Numbered from the stretch's first letter, positions 19,104 to 38,492 are shown. The stretch: DNA of 64,000 nt from the human T2T-CHM13v2.0 reference genome, Homo sapiens (GCF_009914755.1 NC_060932.1); one strand, 5' to 3'. The notes: generated by a model not told the origin, from the sequence alone. Program-made: numbers and translations.

Positions 19104-19355
19104 CATAGCTGACTTTTAATGAGTTTTAATTCTAGCTCTCCACTGTGCAACCATGAATAAGTAACTTAACCACCCTGAAGTTCAGTTGTCTTGTTTGTAA
19201 AATGAGGATAATAATGATACCTCCCTCATAGAGTGGTTATGAGGATGGAATAAGACAATACACATAGAGGGCTTGGCACAGAGCCTGGCACAGAGGAAGC
19301 ATTTCATTAGCGCTGTTATTGTTGATTTTAAAATTTATTATTAAAAGTCACTTTG

Positions 19356-19751
<396 letters not shown>

Positions 19752-19802
19752 GTCACTTTGTAAGTTGCAAAGTATGACTCTACTATGAGATCTTTACAAC
19801 TA

Positions 19803-19934
<132 letters not shown>

Positions 19935-20087
19935 CTAGGAATCAGAGCTTCTCATCTCTGGGCCTAAAACATCTGGTGGAGTAGCTTCTCAGGAACTGTA
20001 TACTGAATGAATGAGTGAGATGACATTTACTAACAGTTTTATTAACTTTTATCTTTTATTTACCTATTTGACCATCTACTGTACTGA

Positions 20088-20826
<739 letters not shown>

Positions 20827-21268
20827 TAAGTGAGGTCATGCAGTATTTGTCATTCTGTGCCTGGTTTCTTTCATTTAGCATACCATGGGGCCAAGGACAT
20901 TTTTTCTTTTGTTTTCTTTTTCTTTTCTTTTTCCCTGCTCCAGCTCAAAGGATGGGGCTGGGGAATCTTTAGATGAGTCGGGGGAAGGCCTCAGTGAGAA
21001 GGTGACTCTTCTTCACATACCTGAAGGCAGTGACAGGATGAGGCACCAGAATAATGTTGCAGGCAGAGAGAACAGCAGGCAGGAGTATGCTTGAATTGTT
21101 CAGTACAGCAGGGAGGCCAGTGTGGCTCTTGCCGAGTGAGTGAGGGGCCCACGGTAGGAGATGAGATCAGAGAAGTAACAAGGGGGCCTTTAGTGGGGCC
21201 ATTGAAACAGCTTAGGATTTTCTCTGAGAGAGATGGGAGCCATTGGTAAGGGAATTACATGATTTCAC

Positions 21269-21921
<653 letters not shown>

Positions 21922-22378
21922 TAATGCCATCATCCAGGGGAGGGATGATGGTAGGGTTGAGTAATCCCTGGAGTGTAACAAACACTAAGGATTATTTTAT
22001 TTTGTGGCAAATGTCCTAAAGCTTTCTTGAACAGTACCAGGTTGCTGGGAATGTATAGAGACAGCTTACAGAGCACCCTACAGTTTTAGCAAGGGAACTT
22101 TCACGTAATATAAAGGCATGCAGGTTGTACTCTTGTATAGTTGTGTGTACATTGGTTGTTTCCTGTAGCAAAATCATGAAGAGTATGAATTCTAGAGTTA
22201 GAGTCCCTACATTCAAATCATGGCTCCACCAGTTACTAACTGTGTGACCTTGGGCAAATAAATTACCCTAACTTCTCTGAGCCTTCAGTTTTCCCTCTAG
22301 TAAAATGGGGACAGTGGGTTGCTATGAGGAGTAATGAGTTAGTGCGTGTACAACATTTAGCATTATACTGATATATAA

Positions 22379-22758
<380 letters not shown>

Positions 22759-22907
22759 CTAATTAACTTAGTTTATTTAGAGCCATAGCATATGGGGCTG
22801 AAAAAGAACTAAGACACTTCATTTAGTCTAACCCTCTCATTTTACAGGGGAGAATAAAAACTAGAGATAGAAAATTCCATAGCCAAAATAAAATAAAATA
22901 AAGTTAT

Positions 22908-23214
<307 letters not shown>

Positions 23215-24319
23215 TTATGCGGCCAGTGTCACCTAGCTGGTAGCAGAGTGGGGACTGGAACACAGGTCTCTGGACTCCCAGTCTGGTGCTTTCTCTGCTA
23301 TGCCACATTGCTTCCATAGAACCCTCAGTGCAGCACCAGGTGGGAATAATAATAACAACAATAAAGGCTTATTTGACTCTTACTTTGCGCCAGGCACTAT
23401 TCTAAGTACACATATTTGCTCATTTTATCCTCATGACAACCCTATGAGGCAGGTACAATTATTGTCCCCATCTTGCGGAAGAGGAAACTGAAGGAGAGAG
23501 GGATAAAGCCACTTGCCCAGGGTGGAGAATGAGTGTGGTGTGGGAGACATGGGCAGGAGGCTGCTGCCCCGTTACACTGCACGACCTGCTTCTCCCTTTA
23601 TGTAACAGGGAAATTGAATCCAGTCGTTCAAGTCCTTTTTCAGCCTTCAAATTTGCAGACCCTAAATGCTTTTCTATTATCGGGTCTTGAATAAATACCA
23701 TTCCACTTCATTAAAACTGCTGTCTTTTTAACTTGTCTTCATCTTAATGATCATCTACAAGAAAGACTATTTGCAGAAGAGCCTAGAAACCAAGTCACCA
23801 AGCCTGTGAGAGATTCCTGAAATGTTATTTCTGGCTTCCATAGCAACCCTAACATAGGGCGTTAAGCTTAACGGAGTCAGCGAGAGCAGCTGGAGCCGGG
23901 CATTGAAGCGCTGAGAGCGCTGAGGAAACAAATCGTTGGCTCAATAGTTTTCCTTTTGTGTAATATACTGTCCCAGTGTGTTTAGGGAGTTACGACTTCT
24001 GCCAAGTAAGAATGGAGGAAATGAAGCATTGTATCAAAGTGTACAGAGTTTCCAAGCAAATTGGAGGATGAGTACAAGTCTGTGTCTAGGGGAGTCTCTG
24101 CAGAAGATGAGGGTGGGCCTGCAGAGACGTAGGGGTGGGGAGGAGGGGCAGCTCTGCTTTCCCCAACCTTGGGTGACTAGGCCTTCAGGTCAGCTTTGTG
24201 AAGAGGACTGAGCATGCCTGGTTGCCTTTTCTGTTCCACCCCGTTTGCCGACCTCAGTAGAGAGTGGGGGTGATACGTGAGTGAGGCATCAAAGAGGCCA
24301 AGATGCTGAGGATGACAGA

Positions 24320-25397
<1,078 letters not shown>

Positions 25398-25841
25398 TGA
25401 TATTTATTTCATTTGAAATTTGGATTAAATAGGTAGAGGAGTTGAACACCAAATAGAGATGAGTTGAAAGGGCCCATCGTTGACCTAAACTATTTGCTCC
25501 ACCATCTGAAAGTCCTTTGGGATTAAGTCCAGGGTTAGATAACAGAGGGGCAGAAACTCAACTCCCAGAGACAAAGGAGTGGCCTTAACATTCTCTCTGG
25601 TGCCTTCTCTATTAGTATATACATAAGGAAACATTAATTTACACCCAAGAGTAGGCTGGGAGCTTGGATGGGAGGGGAAGCAGGGTTGGGGGTCAGGCCT
25701 GGAGAGATTGGCTTTGGGCTGGGCCATAGATGGAGAAGACTGAAGTCTGGGCTGTCAGGAACCCTTAGAATAAGCCTAAAATAGGAAGGGCACATCTAAA
25801 ACCCTTCAGTGCTCCTCGTTTGTCCTAATAAAATCCAGACC

Positions 25842-26131
25842 TTTTTTTTTTTTTTTTTTTTTTTTTTGGAACAGGGTCTTGCTCTGTGGCCCAAGCTGGA
25901 GAGCAGTGGCACAATAATGGCTTACTGCATCCTCACCCTCCAGGGCTCAAGCCATCCTCCTGCTTCAGCCTCCCATGTAGCGAGGACTACAGGCCTGCAC
26001 CATTACACCCGGCTACTTTTTTTTTTTTAATCTATTGTAGAGAGGGGGTCTCAAACTCCTGAGCTCAAGTGATCCTCTTGCCTCAGCCTCCCAAAGTGCT
26101 GAGATTACATGTGTGAGCCACTGTGCCCTGC
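25842..26131 (-). mobile_element. AluJ with internal deletion
   Basis: TSD tccagac. Confidence 0.88.
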
Positions 26132-26452
26132 CTGAAGTCCAGACTTCTTATGCAGGAGGCACATGCCGTCCACCCACATGGCCCTGTCTTCCCCAACTTG
26201 TCCTTTAGGACCCAGCCTTGCCACATCACCTGTGGTTACCTGGGTGCGTGTGCATCCCACTCTGTTCTGGCCTCCAGCTTTTGCATACGCTGCCCTTTTA
26301 CCTAAATGCACACCCCAGCTTGTTGCCTGGTCAACACCTGCTCACCTTATAATAACATCATCCTATTATAATACTCATCACCTTGTCCAGGGATCTTCCC
26401 CCACCCCCTATCTTGGGACTGGTGATCTACTCCAGGCTCTAGTCACTCGTCC

Positions 26453-26770
<318 letters not shown>

Positions 26771-27337
26771 TGCTCATATTTTTTATGAATCTTAATGAAT
26801 CTGTCTTCTCTACAGGGTTGTAAGCTCCTCCCAGGCTGAGACTGGTTCTCATACTCTATCCCTAGCACCCAGCACAAAGAGGGGATTCCTGCAATGTTTG
26901 TACAACTCAACCAAACCAAAATGATGATAGAATTGTCTCCGAAGACAAATTTTGCCTTTGCTGGCACAGGGCTGTGGAACCTTGTGCCCTGTTATCTAAC
27001 TGGCCCCTTCCTCCTTGTGTACCTACACCTCCTCCCCTCCTCCTTCCAGGGAAAGGCCCTGAGGCGCTGTGTTTTGGGGCCTCCACCTCCTTCCTCTCCT
27101 CTCTTGCAGCCCAGCCCTGTGTTGCTATTTATTCACAGGTCTCTGCTCTGCTCTGGCTTTCACTTGCTGAATTCTCAGAAAGCAGATGAAGCAATTTATT
27201 CAGTTAAAGTGCCCCTGTGGGTCAAATGCCAGCTTGCTTTTTAAAACCTTCCTATGCTGCTTTTTACTTTGCAGAGAGCAGAAATTACCTGTTTTGTTTC
27301 CTGGTGCTTTCTGCACTCTCTTGTATTGAGGGATGGT

Positions 27338-27373
27338 TGTGTGTCTGTGTGTGTGTGTGTGTCTGTGTGTGTA
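27338..27373. repeat. Interrupted (TG)n microsatellite
   Basis: Directly visible. Confidence 0.9.
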
Positions 27374-27442
27374 TTACAATTTTAACGTACATGTCATTTC
27401 TCAATTTGAGAAAGGAAGAAAGATAGTGAGGGGGTTTGATAG

Positions 27443-28090
<648 letters not shown>

Positions 28091-29257
28091 AAACCACTGT
28101 TTCACAGCTTATTTGTACTTCTCTTTATCAATTAAGAAAAAGACTGTTTGTATAGCAAACTCCGAGAGAGGACGTGAGGGGTATTTTTTGGTGAGACTTG
28201 AGCAAACTGCTTTACGTTGCAAGGAAATTCAATTCATTGGAAACTTTTTCCTCCAGGACTAAACTGGGGCAGCTTTCATTTTGGCTCTCTCACAAAGAAA
28301 ATTGTCCAGGGTCTGGAAACCACAGTTGTTGAACCTCATATGACGTCTCTTTTCTTTCAGCTCATGCAACATTTACTAGAGGAGACTGGTGTGATGTGGC
28401 GTGTTTTTCCTTTCCTTTTTTTTCCTTTCCATTTTGCTGGCTCGTTGGTGCACACTTCCTGAGGGCCTGAGAGGGCTGTCTTCCTGGAGGAATTTATGAC
28501 AGTCAGCAGGGACAACTGAAATTTGAGCTGGTGTGAACCCATAATCCCTCAGGGCCCTACTGGCTGGAGTCTCTTTAGGGAGCATCCTTGCTACCCAAAG
28601 ATGCACACCCATTCCCCAGCACCTTCATAAAACAACAACAAAATCTTACCATGGCATTGCCAAGCATATTTTGCATACAAACTTCCCAGGATGGATTCTA
28701 TCTCCATGGGCAGATGGAATCCATCCCGAAAGCATCTTTCTCTGCCAGCACACTCACCTGTCTCTGCTCTGCAAATGCCCTTCTTGGTAGTAGCTTGTTC
28801 AAGGGTACGCAGAGCAAATTTGGCAATTCTGAAATTTCAGCTTTTGTTTGTGAACTTCGGCTCTGCTCAGGAAGAACTTGTCAGAATGAAGGTTGACATT
28901 CAGCCTGTATGTCGAGCATTCTTGAGAGAAGCACACGGTGCCTGGCATCTTGAATGGCATCAGCTGCTTGCTACCCAGTTCTTTGGGACAAGTGGGTCCA
29001 TGAGAGAAAATATACAGAGCAGGGATAAGACTGCACCCGCTCTGGCAGGACAGGGAGCCTGGCTACCCCAACTTCCTTTTCCCAAGCCATCTGCTACTTT
29101 TCTTCTTCTGCAACCAGGCATTCAAAGCAGGGTGTATGTGGGGGAAGACCCTGGAAATCACCTCCATCTGGGTGTACATTGTTACTTTTATCCTCAGTAG
29201 TTGGTCAAGAAGTAGAGTGTATTCTCTATATATCTTTATTGGGTTCATCCCCACTTA

Positions 29258-29575
<318 letters not shown>

Positions 29576-30646
29576 AGTTTTTAGAAAGTTTTAGAAATAC
29601 TAATTTTTAAAAAAGAAGAATCTCTAGCGACCGTTCAGTGTGATCTGGAGTTAGGCTGTTCTGGTTAAACGTAGATTGTGCCTATCGAATAATAATTTCT
29701 CTTACCCTGCCTAGCTCTACAGTCGCCTCTATACTTGTCTCAATGACCCCTGCACTGTGAGCTTCTTGAGGCCAGGACCTGACGATACAGCACTAACCAT
29801 TGTATTTTGCCTGTGGTGCCTTCAGTACAGTGCCTTCTATGTGCCGGCCCTGAGCCAGGCATCGATGAAAGATGAATAAGTCCAAGTCATGACCTCAAAG
29901 GTGGCTTATAGATTGATGGGACTTGCAGGCCAGTAAATACCATAAGTATTTGTGGGGTGACATCACTGCACATTAAGTTACTCATTGGGCTTACTGTCAT
30001 CACGACCTGGTGCTGAGAAGGCACATTTGAACTCCGGTAGGTGCAGCAGATGAATCACTGGGGCCTGAGCGATGCCTCCCAGGGCACTGGCCTGGGCAGA
30101 GGGTGAAGTGGGGAGATTTGCACTTAGGCGACTGTGTCTTGAGTTGAGCTTTATCTCCTGGGTCACATTCCAGGCTCAGCTGCCAGTCAATGTGTTATCT
30201 GGTGATGGGGAGGGTAACAGGGCTCTTCACTCTTGGCCACCTACTGGGAGCAGTGGGTAAAAATGCAGGTATGAGAGTCAGACCAACTTGGGGTTTAAAT
30301 CCCTGTTCTGCCACCACTCATTAATCCCCTGACTGTGCACTTGTCACTTAACCTCCCTGAGCCTCAGCTTCCTCATCTACAAGTGGAGGGTAACAGTGCC
30401 TATCTTCTTTATTTTCTGAACCTAATTGAATGCCAGATATATCTGTCATGCATATGATCTGACAATGGAACAGAATATTTGCATCAGGAGACAAAAGAGA
30501 CTCCAGGCTGTATGATTGCCATATTTTCAAGGCCACTCCTGGTTTGGGGGAAGAAGATGGCAGGACATCAGAATGGGGTGCCCTGCCACTATCTTCTTTT
30601 CTAGACCCTTGGCAGATGGTCTCTCAGGCTCACATAACCCTAGAGA

Positions 30647-31078
<432 letters not shown>

Positions 31079-31673
31079 TGACCAGCGTTCCCAGCCCATT
31101 CCAGCTCATGGCAGGGTATCTGCAATCTTTCTCTTCCCTGCCCTCCCAACCCCCCACCCACAAGCTTTACCTGGAAGCTCATGTACACACCAAAGGGAAT
31201 AAGCAAGGACCCAGACAGGCAGCCAGGTGCCTGGCACTAGGCCGGGTACTAGGGATTCATAGAAGATACTGCTTGTGGCCAGGTAGCTGCATGTGTGAGA
31301 TACTGGTGGAAGACACTCAGACAGAGGTAAGCAGGGAGTGTTGGGGCTCAGAGGAAGGCCACTGAGGCCAGTGGAGAATGGCCCATTAAGGAAAGGTTTT
31401 CAAAATAGGTGACCACAGGGCTGAGTCTTAAGCTGAACAGGGAGCAGAGGGCATGCCTAGCAGAGAGGGCGCTGTGTAGGGACTACAGACAGGCAGTGTG
31501 ACATTGTATAAGGTATAGGGCAGGGAGTGGTGGCTGGTGGAGAAGGCTGAGTTCATGAGTTCATTCTCCCCTGAACATCAGCAACCTTGCCATTAGTGAC
31601 CCTTGGGATGGTGGCTTTTGAAGAAATTGCTTTGATGGAATAGCTCCCCAAGACTCATGGATACTGGGAGTTT

Positions 31674-31982
31674 ATGTATGTATGTATGTATTTATTTATG
31701 AGACAGAGTTTTGCTCTGTTGCCCAGGCTGTAGTGTAGGGGCGTGATCTCGACTCACTGCAACCTCTGCTTTCCATGTTCAAGTGATTCTCCTGCCTCAG
31801 CCTCCTGAGTAGCTGGGATTAGAGGGGCACGCCACTATGCCTGGCTAATTTTTGCATTTTTAGTAGAGATGGGGTTTTGCCATATTGGCCAGGCTGGTCT
31901 TGAACTCCTGACCTCAGATGATCTGCCCACCTCAGCCTCCCAAAGTGCTGAGATTATAGGCGTGAGCCACTGCACCCAGCCC
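31674..31982 (-). mobile_element. AluS with (TATG)n tail
   Basis: TSD gatact(g/a)ggagttta. Confidence 0.92.
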
Positions 31983-32155
31983 GATACTAGGAGTTTAAAG
32001 CTGTCATTTCTGGTTCTTGGGACTCAGATCAATGAAACTCACTAAAATATTCATTCATGGGAAAGTTCTGGTAGAAAGGGGAAGATTAAAGTCCATTTTT
32101 GTCAGGAGAGTCTCTCTCTGGGAAAGTCATTGATGAGATGACTGGGGCATAAGGT

Positions 32156-32233
32156 GGTGTGGTGGTGTGTGCCTGTAGTCCCAGCTACTCTGGAGGCTAA
32201 CTTGGGAGGATCACTTGAGCCTGGGAGGCGGAG
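32156..32233 (+). mobile_element. Isolated internal Alu right-arm fragment
   Basis: 78 bp, no tail, no long TSD. Confidence 0.9.
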
Positions 32234-33322
32234 TGATTGGGAGTAATTGGAAAGTGACATCTGGAAGACAAATCGGTTTATTTTCATAAGCTCCCTCCAG
32301 TCTATGGGTGATGGGAAATTGGGGTGCTGTGTCAAGAGGAATCCTGTGGTTGGACTTTGATTCTGAGACCAGGACTGATTAGGGGTGTCGGTCACAGATG
32401 CCAGGGCTGGGGACATGGGGGTGACATGCAAGGCTTGGACTTGCCATCCTGGCTCCATATTTTATCATGGGACCAGCTGTCTCCCTTCCTTTGGTTTATG
32501 CAGTTGATTTCGAACCCTACGTGCAGGGCTTGACATTTTTACCAATTACACTTCATCTTACTAGTTTCTACTCATTATTCCATCCCTCAGAAACCCTTTC
32601 TGGGCCTGTCTGTGTTACTCAGCTTATTAACAGTTCCTCCCAGCATCGTATGCAGTGGTGTAGGGAGAACCATAAATGCCTCCAGAATTTGCAAAAATGT
32701 TTGGAAAATGTTACCAAGTGGGAAATGATTTGCTAATGAGTTCACAATATGTCTTAGACCCATTAAGTAATCCAGGGTGTCTCCCTAATATAGTAGAAGC
32801 AAGTTTTCAGAATATTCCCCAGCGGTTTTTTCAGAAAATGTGAATAGAGCACGACTGAGTCAAAGAAAGCCCTAGCTCATCAACTGCATTCTACAGTGTC
32901 AGGCCTCATGTGATGCCGCAGCTGGCGACTGACTAATAAGGGAATTGGAGAGGGGAAAATTGATTATTTCCTGGACAAGGACCATGGTGCCTTAATCAAG
33001 TGCCCTAAATGCAGGGGACTGCAGGGGAAGTCGCACTGTGGTAAAAAAAAAACAAATATAGTCTAAATTACATCTGAAGTAGCCTTTCAATTACCCTTAA
33101 GCACTGAGAGCTGGTCACAGTCTGGAGGCACACAGGGACAGAAGCACCTGAGGAGGCTCAGGGGCCGCATCTCAGGTGTCTGTGGACATGCCCCTGAGGG
33201 AGCACAGTGGTGGGTGGGATCCCACTGCTGTGTCGCACGGTCGTCTTTGCTCTCAGTCCATCTGTCTCTCTGTCTCTCTTTGACAAGCCCATGTAGTTCA
33301 AGTCTCATAAATAAAATGCGTA

Positions 33323-33652
33323 CAGCCGGGGTTCCCAAGCCCCATGCTGTGGACCGATCTCAGTCCGTGGCCTGTTAGGAACCAGGCCGCACAGCAGGAA
33401 ATGAATGGCAGGTGAGCATTACCACCTGAGCTCCACCTCCTGTGAGATCAGTGGCGACATTCCGTTCTCACACAAGCGCAAACCCTATTGTGAATTGTGC
33501 ATGCAAGGGATCTAGGTTGCACACTCCTTATGAAAATCTAACTAATGCCTGATGATCTGAGGTGAAACAGTCCCCCTCTTCCCCACTCTGTCCCTGGAAC
33601 ATTTGTCTTCCATTAAACCAGTGCCTGGTACCAAAAAGGTTGGGGACTGCTG
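33323..33652. mobile_element. MER1B-like hAT MITE
   Basis: TIRs cagccggggttcccaa / ggttggggactgctg; ggcctgttaggaacc core. Confidence 0.85.
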
Positions 33653-34759
33653 GCTTATCGGATGCAATTTCCTTGTATTCTGATGTGCTAGTTTTATATT
33701 CTTATAGTGGAGGATCCATACCGCTTTCACGGTTTTATGAGAAATATCTCTTACAATCTTTCTATTTGTTTTGCTCTGACCCCATGCCCACCTGGCAGCC
33801 CTCCGTCATGAGTGCAGTTTTACCTGGAAGCTCATGTGCTGACCCTTCACATAGCCAGCCTTGTCTGCCTGCCCTTATTTCTCACTGAAAAAGAATGTTA
33901 GCCTTTATAGTCAGACGGTGTCTCATATGATTAGCTAGTTTACCTTTATTCATTTTTTCAGACGTGGGTAAAATTGAGTACTTCAATCTTTGTCGCAGAG
34001 CACCAGGCTCTAAGACCAGGTTGGTAGAAGGATTCTATTTCATGTGCCAGTTCTGACAAATTGTTTATTGGTACTCAAAGTGCCATGTTGAAAGGATCCA
34101 GGCTGAGGGGGACAGGGCCAGAATTGATTAACAATGTCTGCCAGGGACTGAAAAAAATGGCATTGTTAAGCTTGCCTTAGAGCCTGAGACAGTCAACCAT
34201 TCCCTCTCTCCTCTACCAAAAGGTAGTCAACCACTCCCTCACTGTCCTTCTCTCTCTCAGCATGTATCATTAGAGACCTCCTTCCAGACTGGCTTGATCT
34301 GTTTATATTTATCAACAACAGCACACTGTATCTTTTTGGTCTGCCTGCTTCATTGTATCCCGTTATTGTGTCCTTTTCACAGTCAGGAGTCTTTTCCTTC
34401 CTCTGTATCCCCAGGCCCTGGCATACAATAGGTATGTTGAATGACTGGCTCACAACCTAAGAGTTCTACCTAATTGTTCTGCATGCAGGGAATCTGCCTT
34501 ATTAGGGTCAGTCGTTTGCCTTGCTGAGATCCATACTACAGAGTTCCGTGGATCCTCTTGGTCTGTTCCATCTAGGAATAAAACGTACATTTTGCATGCC
34601 CTTTTTTTTTTCTTTCTTAAACTCCTGCTAGCTCATTACGATCATGGCTTGCTGTCTCTCTCTCTCTGTTCTTCTCTCATCATAAAACAGCTTCAACTTT
34701 TCTCCCCAGTGTCCCTTTGAAACTGTTGGTGAGCTAGTTTTTTCTCTGTCCCTTTAGGA

Positions 34760-35830
34760 AATTTTAATCATGTTTTTAATCATGCTTCATAGTGTTTTGG
34801 GTCACCCTTCGGTAATTTTTAAAATCCTCTGGTTATTCCTAGTTCTAAGAACAATTTTAGCTCTTGGCTTACTGCTACTCTGTCCAGCATTACCCTTGTC
34901 ATAATTGTTGGTGATTTCAAGATCCACATGAATCATGAATCATCCTTTAATAGCTTTGAGATTCTTTTCTCCAATATTCTTGTCTTCCACCAGATCTCAG
35001 CCACTCACTTCTCTCTCTCTCTCTCTCTCTGTCTCTCTTTTTTTTTGAGACGGAGCCTTGCTTTGTTGCCCAGATTGGAGTATAGTGGCACAATCTCGGC
35101 TCACTGCTATGTCTAGCCTCCCAGGTTCAAGCGATTCTCCTGCCTCAGCCTCCCAAGTAGCTGGGATAACAGGCACCTGCCACCACGGCCGGCTAATATT
35201 TGTATTTTTAGTAGAGACGGGGTTTCACCATATTGGCCAGGCTGATCTCAAACTCCTAACCTCAGGTGATCCAACCGCCTTGGCCTCCCAAAGTGCGGGG
35301 ATTACAGGCATGAGCTACTGTTCCCAGCTAGATTTCAGCCACCTTCTTCTCTTATCTTGACCCTATAATTACAGTAACTTTAATCCTGCCATAATCTCAG
35401 TTTAAACCTCCTATCTTCCCAGCTTACCTGTACTAGTATTCCAACTCCAACAATTCTGTGACCTTATCTGGACTTCCAGTTAATTGATCCTGCTATTTTT
35501 TCACTGTCTTTCACCTCAATTCCTCTATTTCCTGCTTCCCCAGCTTTAATTCTATAGGGAATCACTATAGTCACTGTCAACTACCTTTGCCCCTTTCCTG
35601 ATTCATCGTTCTCGTTTGGCCACATGATAACCCTTGTTAAATTCAACTTTTACCAGCCTTCCCCCCATATCTGTGTAGCTGAATGTGGCTGTAGCAAAAC
35701 ATGCAACCACCTGGATTGGTCTCATGTAAATTTCATAATTGCAGCCTTTAAGTAGGCCTTTAATGTGGCCTGGAAATCATACTCTAGTTCCCTAATCCCT
35801 TCACTCTTCCACTGTCCTAGAAACTGTTAC
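34760..35830 (+). mobile_element. L2 fragment containing an antisense AluS (35010-35329) with (CT)n tail
   Basis: L2 endonuclease-region motif ggtgatttcaa; Alu TSD agat(c/t)tcagccac. Confidence 0.7.
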
Positions 35831-36446
35831 AGTTTTTTTTCACTTGTGTTATTACATTTTTCATGGTTCTCTTGTTAAGTGCCCACAAACCATCTGCTCG
35901 TGGGAACTTTGCTGGGAATTGATATGGAACATCACATTTTCTGAAATCAATTTTCCTGGGTATTTGACTACTGTCCAGACTGTAGTCCTTCTATTCCCCA
36001 CAGCCCCTCAAAGATCGGTGACCTCTCTCTTTCCGTCACACCTGTCCCGTCCTTCATTCTCCCCCTGGCCCTTGACCGTACTGAACTCTCCGTAAGCGCT
36101 TGTCGAGGAGTAAGAATGGGAACCATCAGTGGCTTGACTTACTGGGCTGCTGCTATCCAGGCAGGCAACATCTGTTTTCATCATATTATTAAGTGTTTTT
36201 TTTTTTTTCAGCACTTGGCAGGAGGTAGGCAAGTTTGGGCCATAGCTTTCAGGCCCTGAGTCCAGGCAAGGAAAGCACTGACCCCAGAGAGCCAATCCAG
36301 CCCTGGTGCATCTTGAGTATTCTGGAAATGGCAGATCTAAAAGGACAAAATCATTTCATATTCATCGTGAGTATAGCTTGGTGGTTAAGAGTGCAGACTA
36401 CGGAGCCATCACGATGGGTTCAGATCCCAGCTCCTCTACTTCCTAG

Positions 36447-36873
36447 TGATAAAAGAAAAAACTCAACCAAATTAAATTTAAAGGAGTTTAACTGAGCAAT
36501 GAACAATTTGTGAATCGGGCAGCACCCAGAATCACAGCAGATTCACAGAGACTCCAGTACAGCCACGTGGTGGAAGATTTATAGACAAAAAAAGGGAAAT
36601 GATGTACAGAAATCAAAAGTGAGGTACACAGCGGGTGGATTGGCTACAGGCTGGCATTTGTCTTATTTGAACACAGTTTGAACACTCAGTAGTGTATGAA
36701 TGGTTGAAGTACGGCCGCTGGGATTGGCCAAGACTCAGCTATTGTTACAGGTGCATACTCCTAAGTTAGGTTTTCAATCTTGTGTACTTATAAGCTTGGT
36801 TGCAGTTTTTCCACAAAGACTGAAATATAGAAGCATGGAGTCATTCTCAGGCCATATATACTTCACTTTTATA
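36447..36873 (-). mobile_element. ERV1 solo LTR (MER57-like) inserted in a MIR
   Basis: 4-bp TSD ctag; MIR continues on both sides; two gattgg (CCAAT) boxes. Confidence 0.8.
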
Positions 36874-38492
36874 CTAGATAGGAGAACTCAAGCAAGTTAT
36901 CTAACCTCTCTAGACTCACTGTCCTCATCTATTAAAGAACAGTAACAACACCTACTTTCTAAGGTGTGTTCTTTCCTACTTTCTAAGGTGTGTGTGAAGA
37001 ATAAACAAGCCAACACCTGTAAACCATTCAGAACAAGGCCTGGCACTAATTAAGTGCTCAGTAAATATTAGCTATAAATTACGATTATTTTCTCTTTTGA
37101 GTCTCACAACAGTATTGTAAGGTATTATTATCCCTATTTTGCAGAGGAAGAGACTGAGGGTCACACAGGTTAAGGAGAGGCTCAAGATCATTTGGACAGA
37201 AAGTGGCAGAGGCTGGGCTTGCATGGGATCATAGGACTCTAATACTGTTTCACTTAGGATTTCAGAGCCCCCTTTGGTCTCCAGATGAAATGATTTTACC
37301 CTTGTCATGGAGATTCATATTCATTCCTTCTCCAAATGTGTCCTAACTTCCCCATGCAGATGGCACCAAATATTTACAGTATGATTACACGGCCATGATT
37401 GAATTTAGCCAGAACGGGAGAGAGGCTGATTAGTGACAAGGCTGCAATCTTGAGAGGAGGAAATAGTTCTGACGTTGCACATTGTCATTCTGCTGGAGTA
37501 GGAATGTTGCTTAAAATTGTCCTGGCTCAGTTCCCTTTCTCTGGAAGAGTAAAAGACACGCATTTGCCCAATACATGGACTTTGGAGTCAAGCTGACAGT
37601 ACTGGAAGAGCTGTTAACAGAGTCCAGATTATCACTTTATGGTTAGAGGGATGATGTTTTATTATGGGCCCACAAACTGTCCTCCAACTGTGGCTGAAAA
37701 CCCTGTCATGAGAGGCCAGAAGGAAGATCATTATATGTTCTTCTCCCAGGCCAAGGAGACAGGATGTCCTTCATCAGAACCAGTTGTCAGCATAAGAAGA
37801 ACACACACCAAGGAAATCCATTTCCTGGAAACATCTCTCAACAGTTCCCATGTGGAGAAACTGTGAAGCTTTTCACAGCAAATGTTTTAGAGTGTTCCCA
37901 GGTATTTGCAAAGCTCCTATCATAATGCTGGCTGTACTGATAATTTCCTAAGGGTGCCTGCCATGAGACGATGGAAAGGGCATCAGGTCTGACCATGGTG
38001 AGCCATGAGGGCCTTGCAGAGATAGAGTCAACTCTCTGGGCCTCAGTTTTCCTTTCTATAAAATGAGTGACTTGGACTCTGTTGGGACCCCTCCGCCTCT
38101 AAGATTCTACTAGTCTGTGATTCCATGAATCAAACTTCAGAAGTGGTTATGGTCCCTCATAAAATGGCAAAGATTTGGGTCCTAGAATCTATGACTCCAT
38201 TAGCAGGACCACATCTCCTCTAGAACATTTTGGCTTCGTGCTTGTCATCATCTTTTTGTACTAACTGCTCTGATTCAATCTCTTTCCCTGAAGACTTGCT
38301 TCCACCAGAATTCCATTTAATTCCACAGATGTTGAATGAAGACTTTCTGTGTTTCCAACTGCATGCCTACAAAGATAAATGAGACTAGTTTCCTAACCTT
38401 GGGGAATTCCCAGTGAGATAGCAAGGTCAAGACTTTATAGAACTTCTTTTCTCCAGAGAGCTCTCTATTTCTTTGACCTGTGTGTGTCCCTA

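Noticed and set aside
26341-26390. C/A-rich stretch resembling mtDNA (ND3/ATP8-like)
   Set aside because: Only about 45 bp, no convincing frame, sits colinearly in an L2 relic and contains a local ttataata duplication.
28691-29200. 169-aa ORF, and the 155-aa ORF at 43754-44221
   Set aside because: No recognisable domain or splice context; consistent with chance intronic ORFs.
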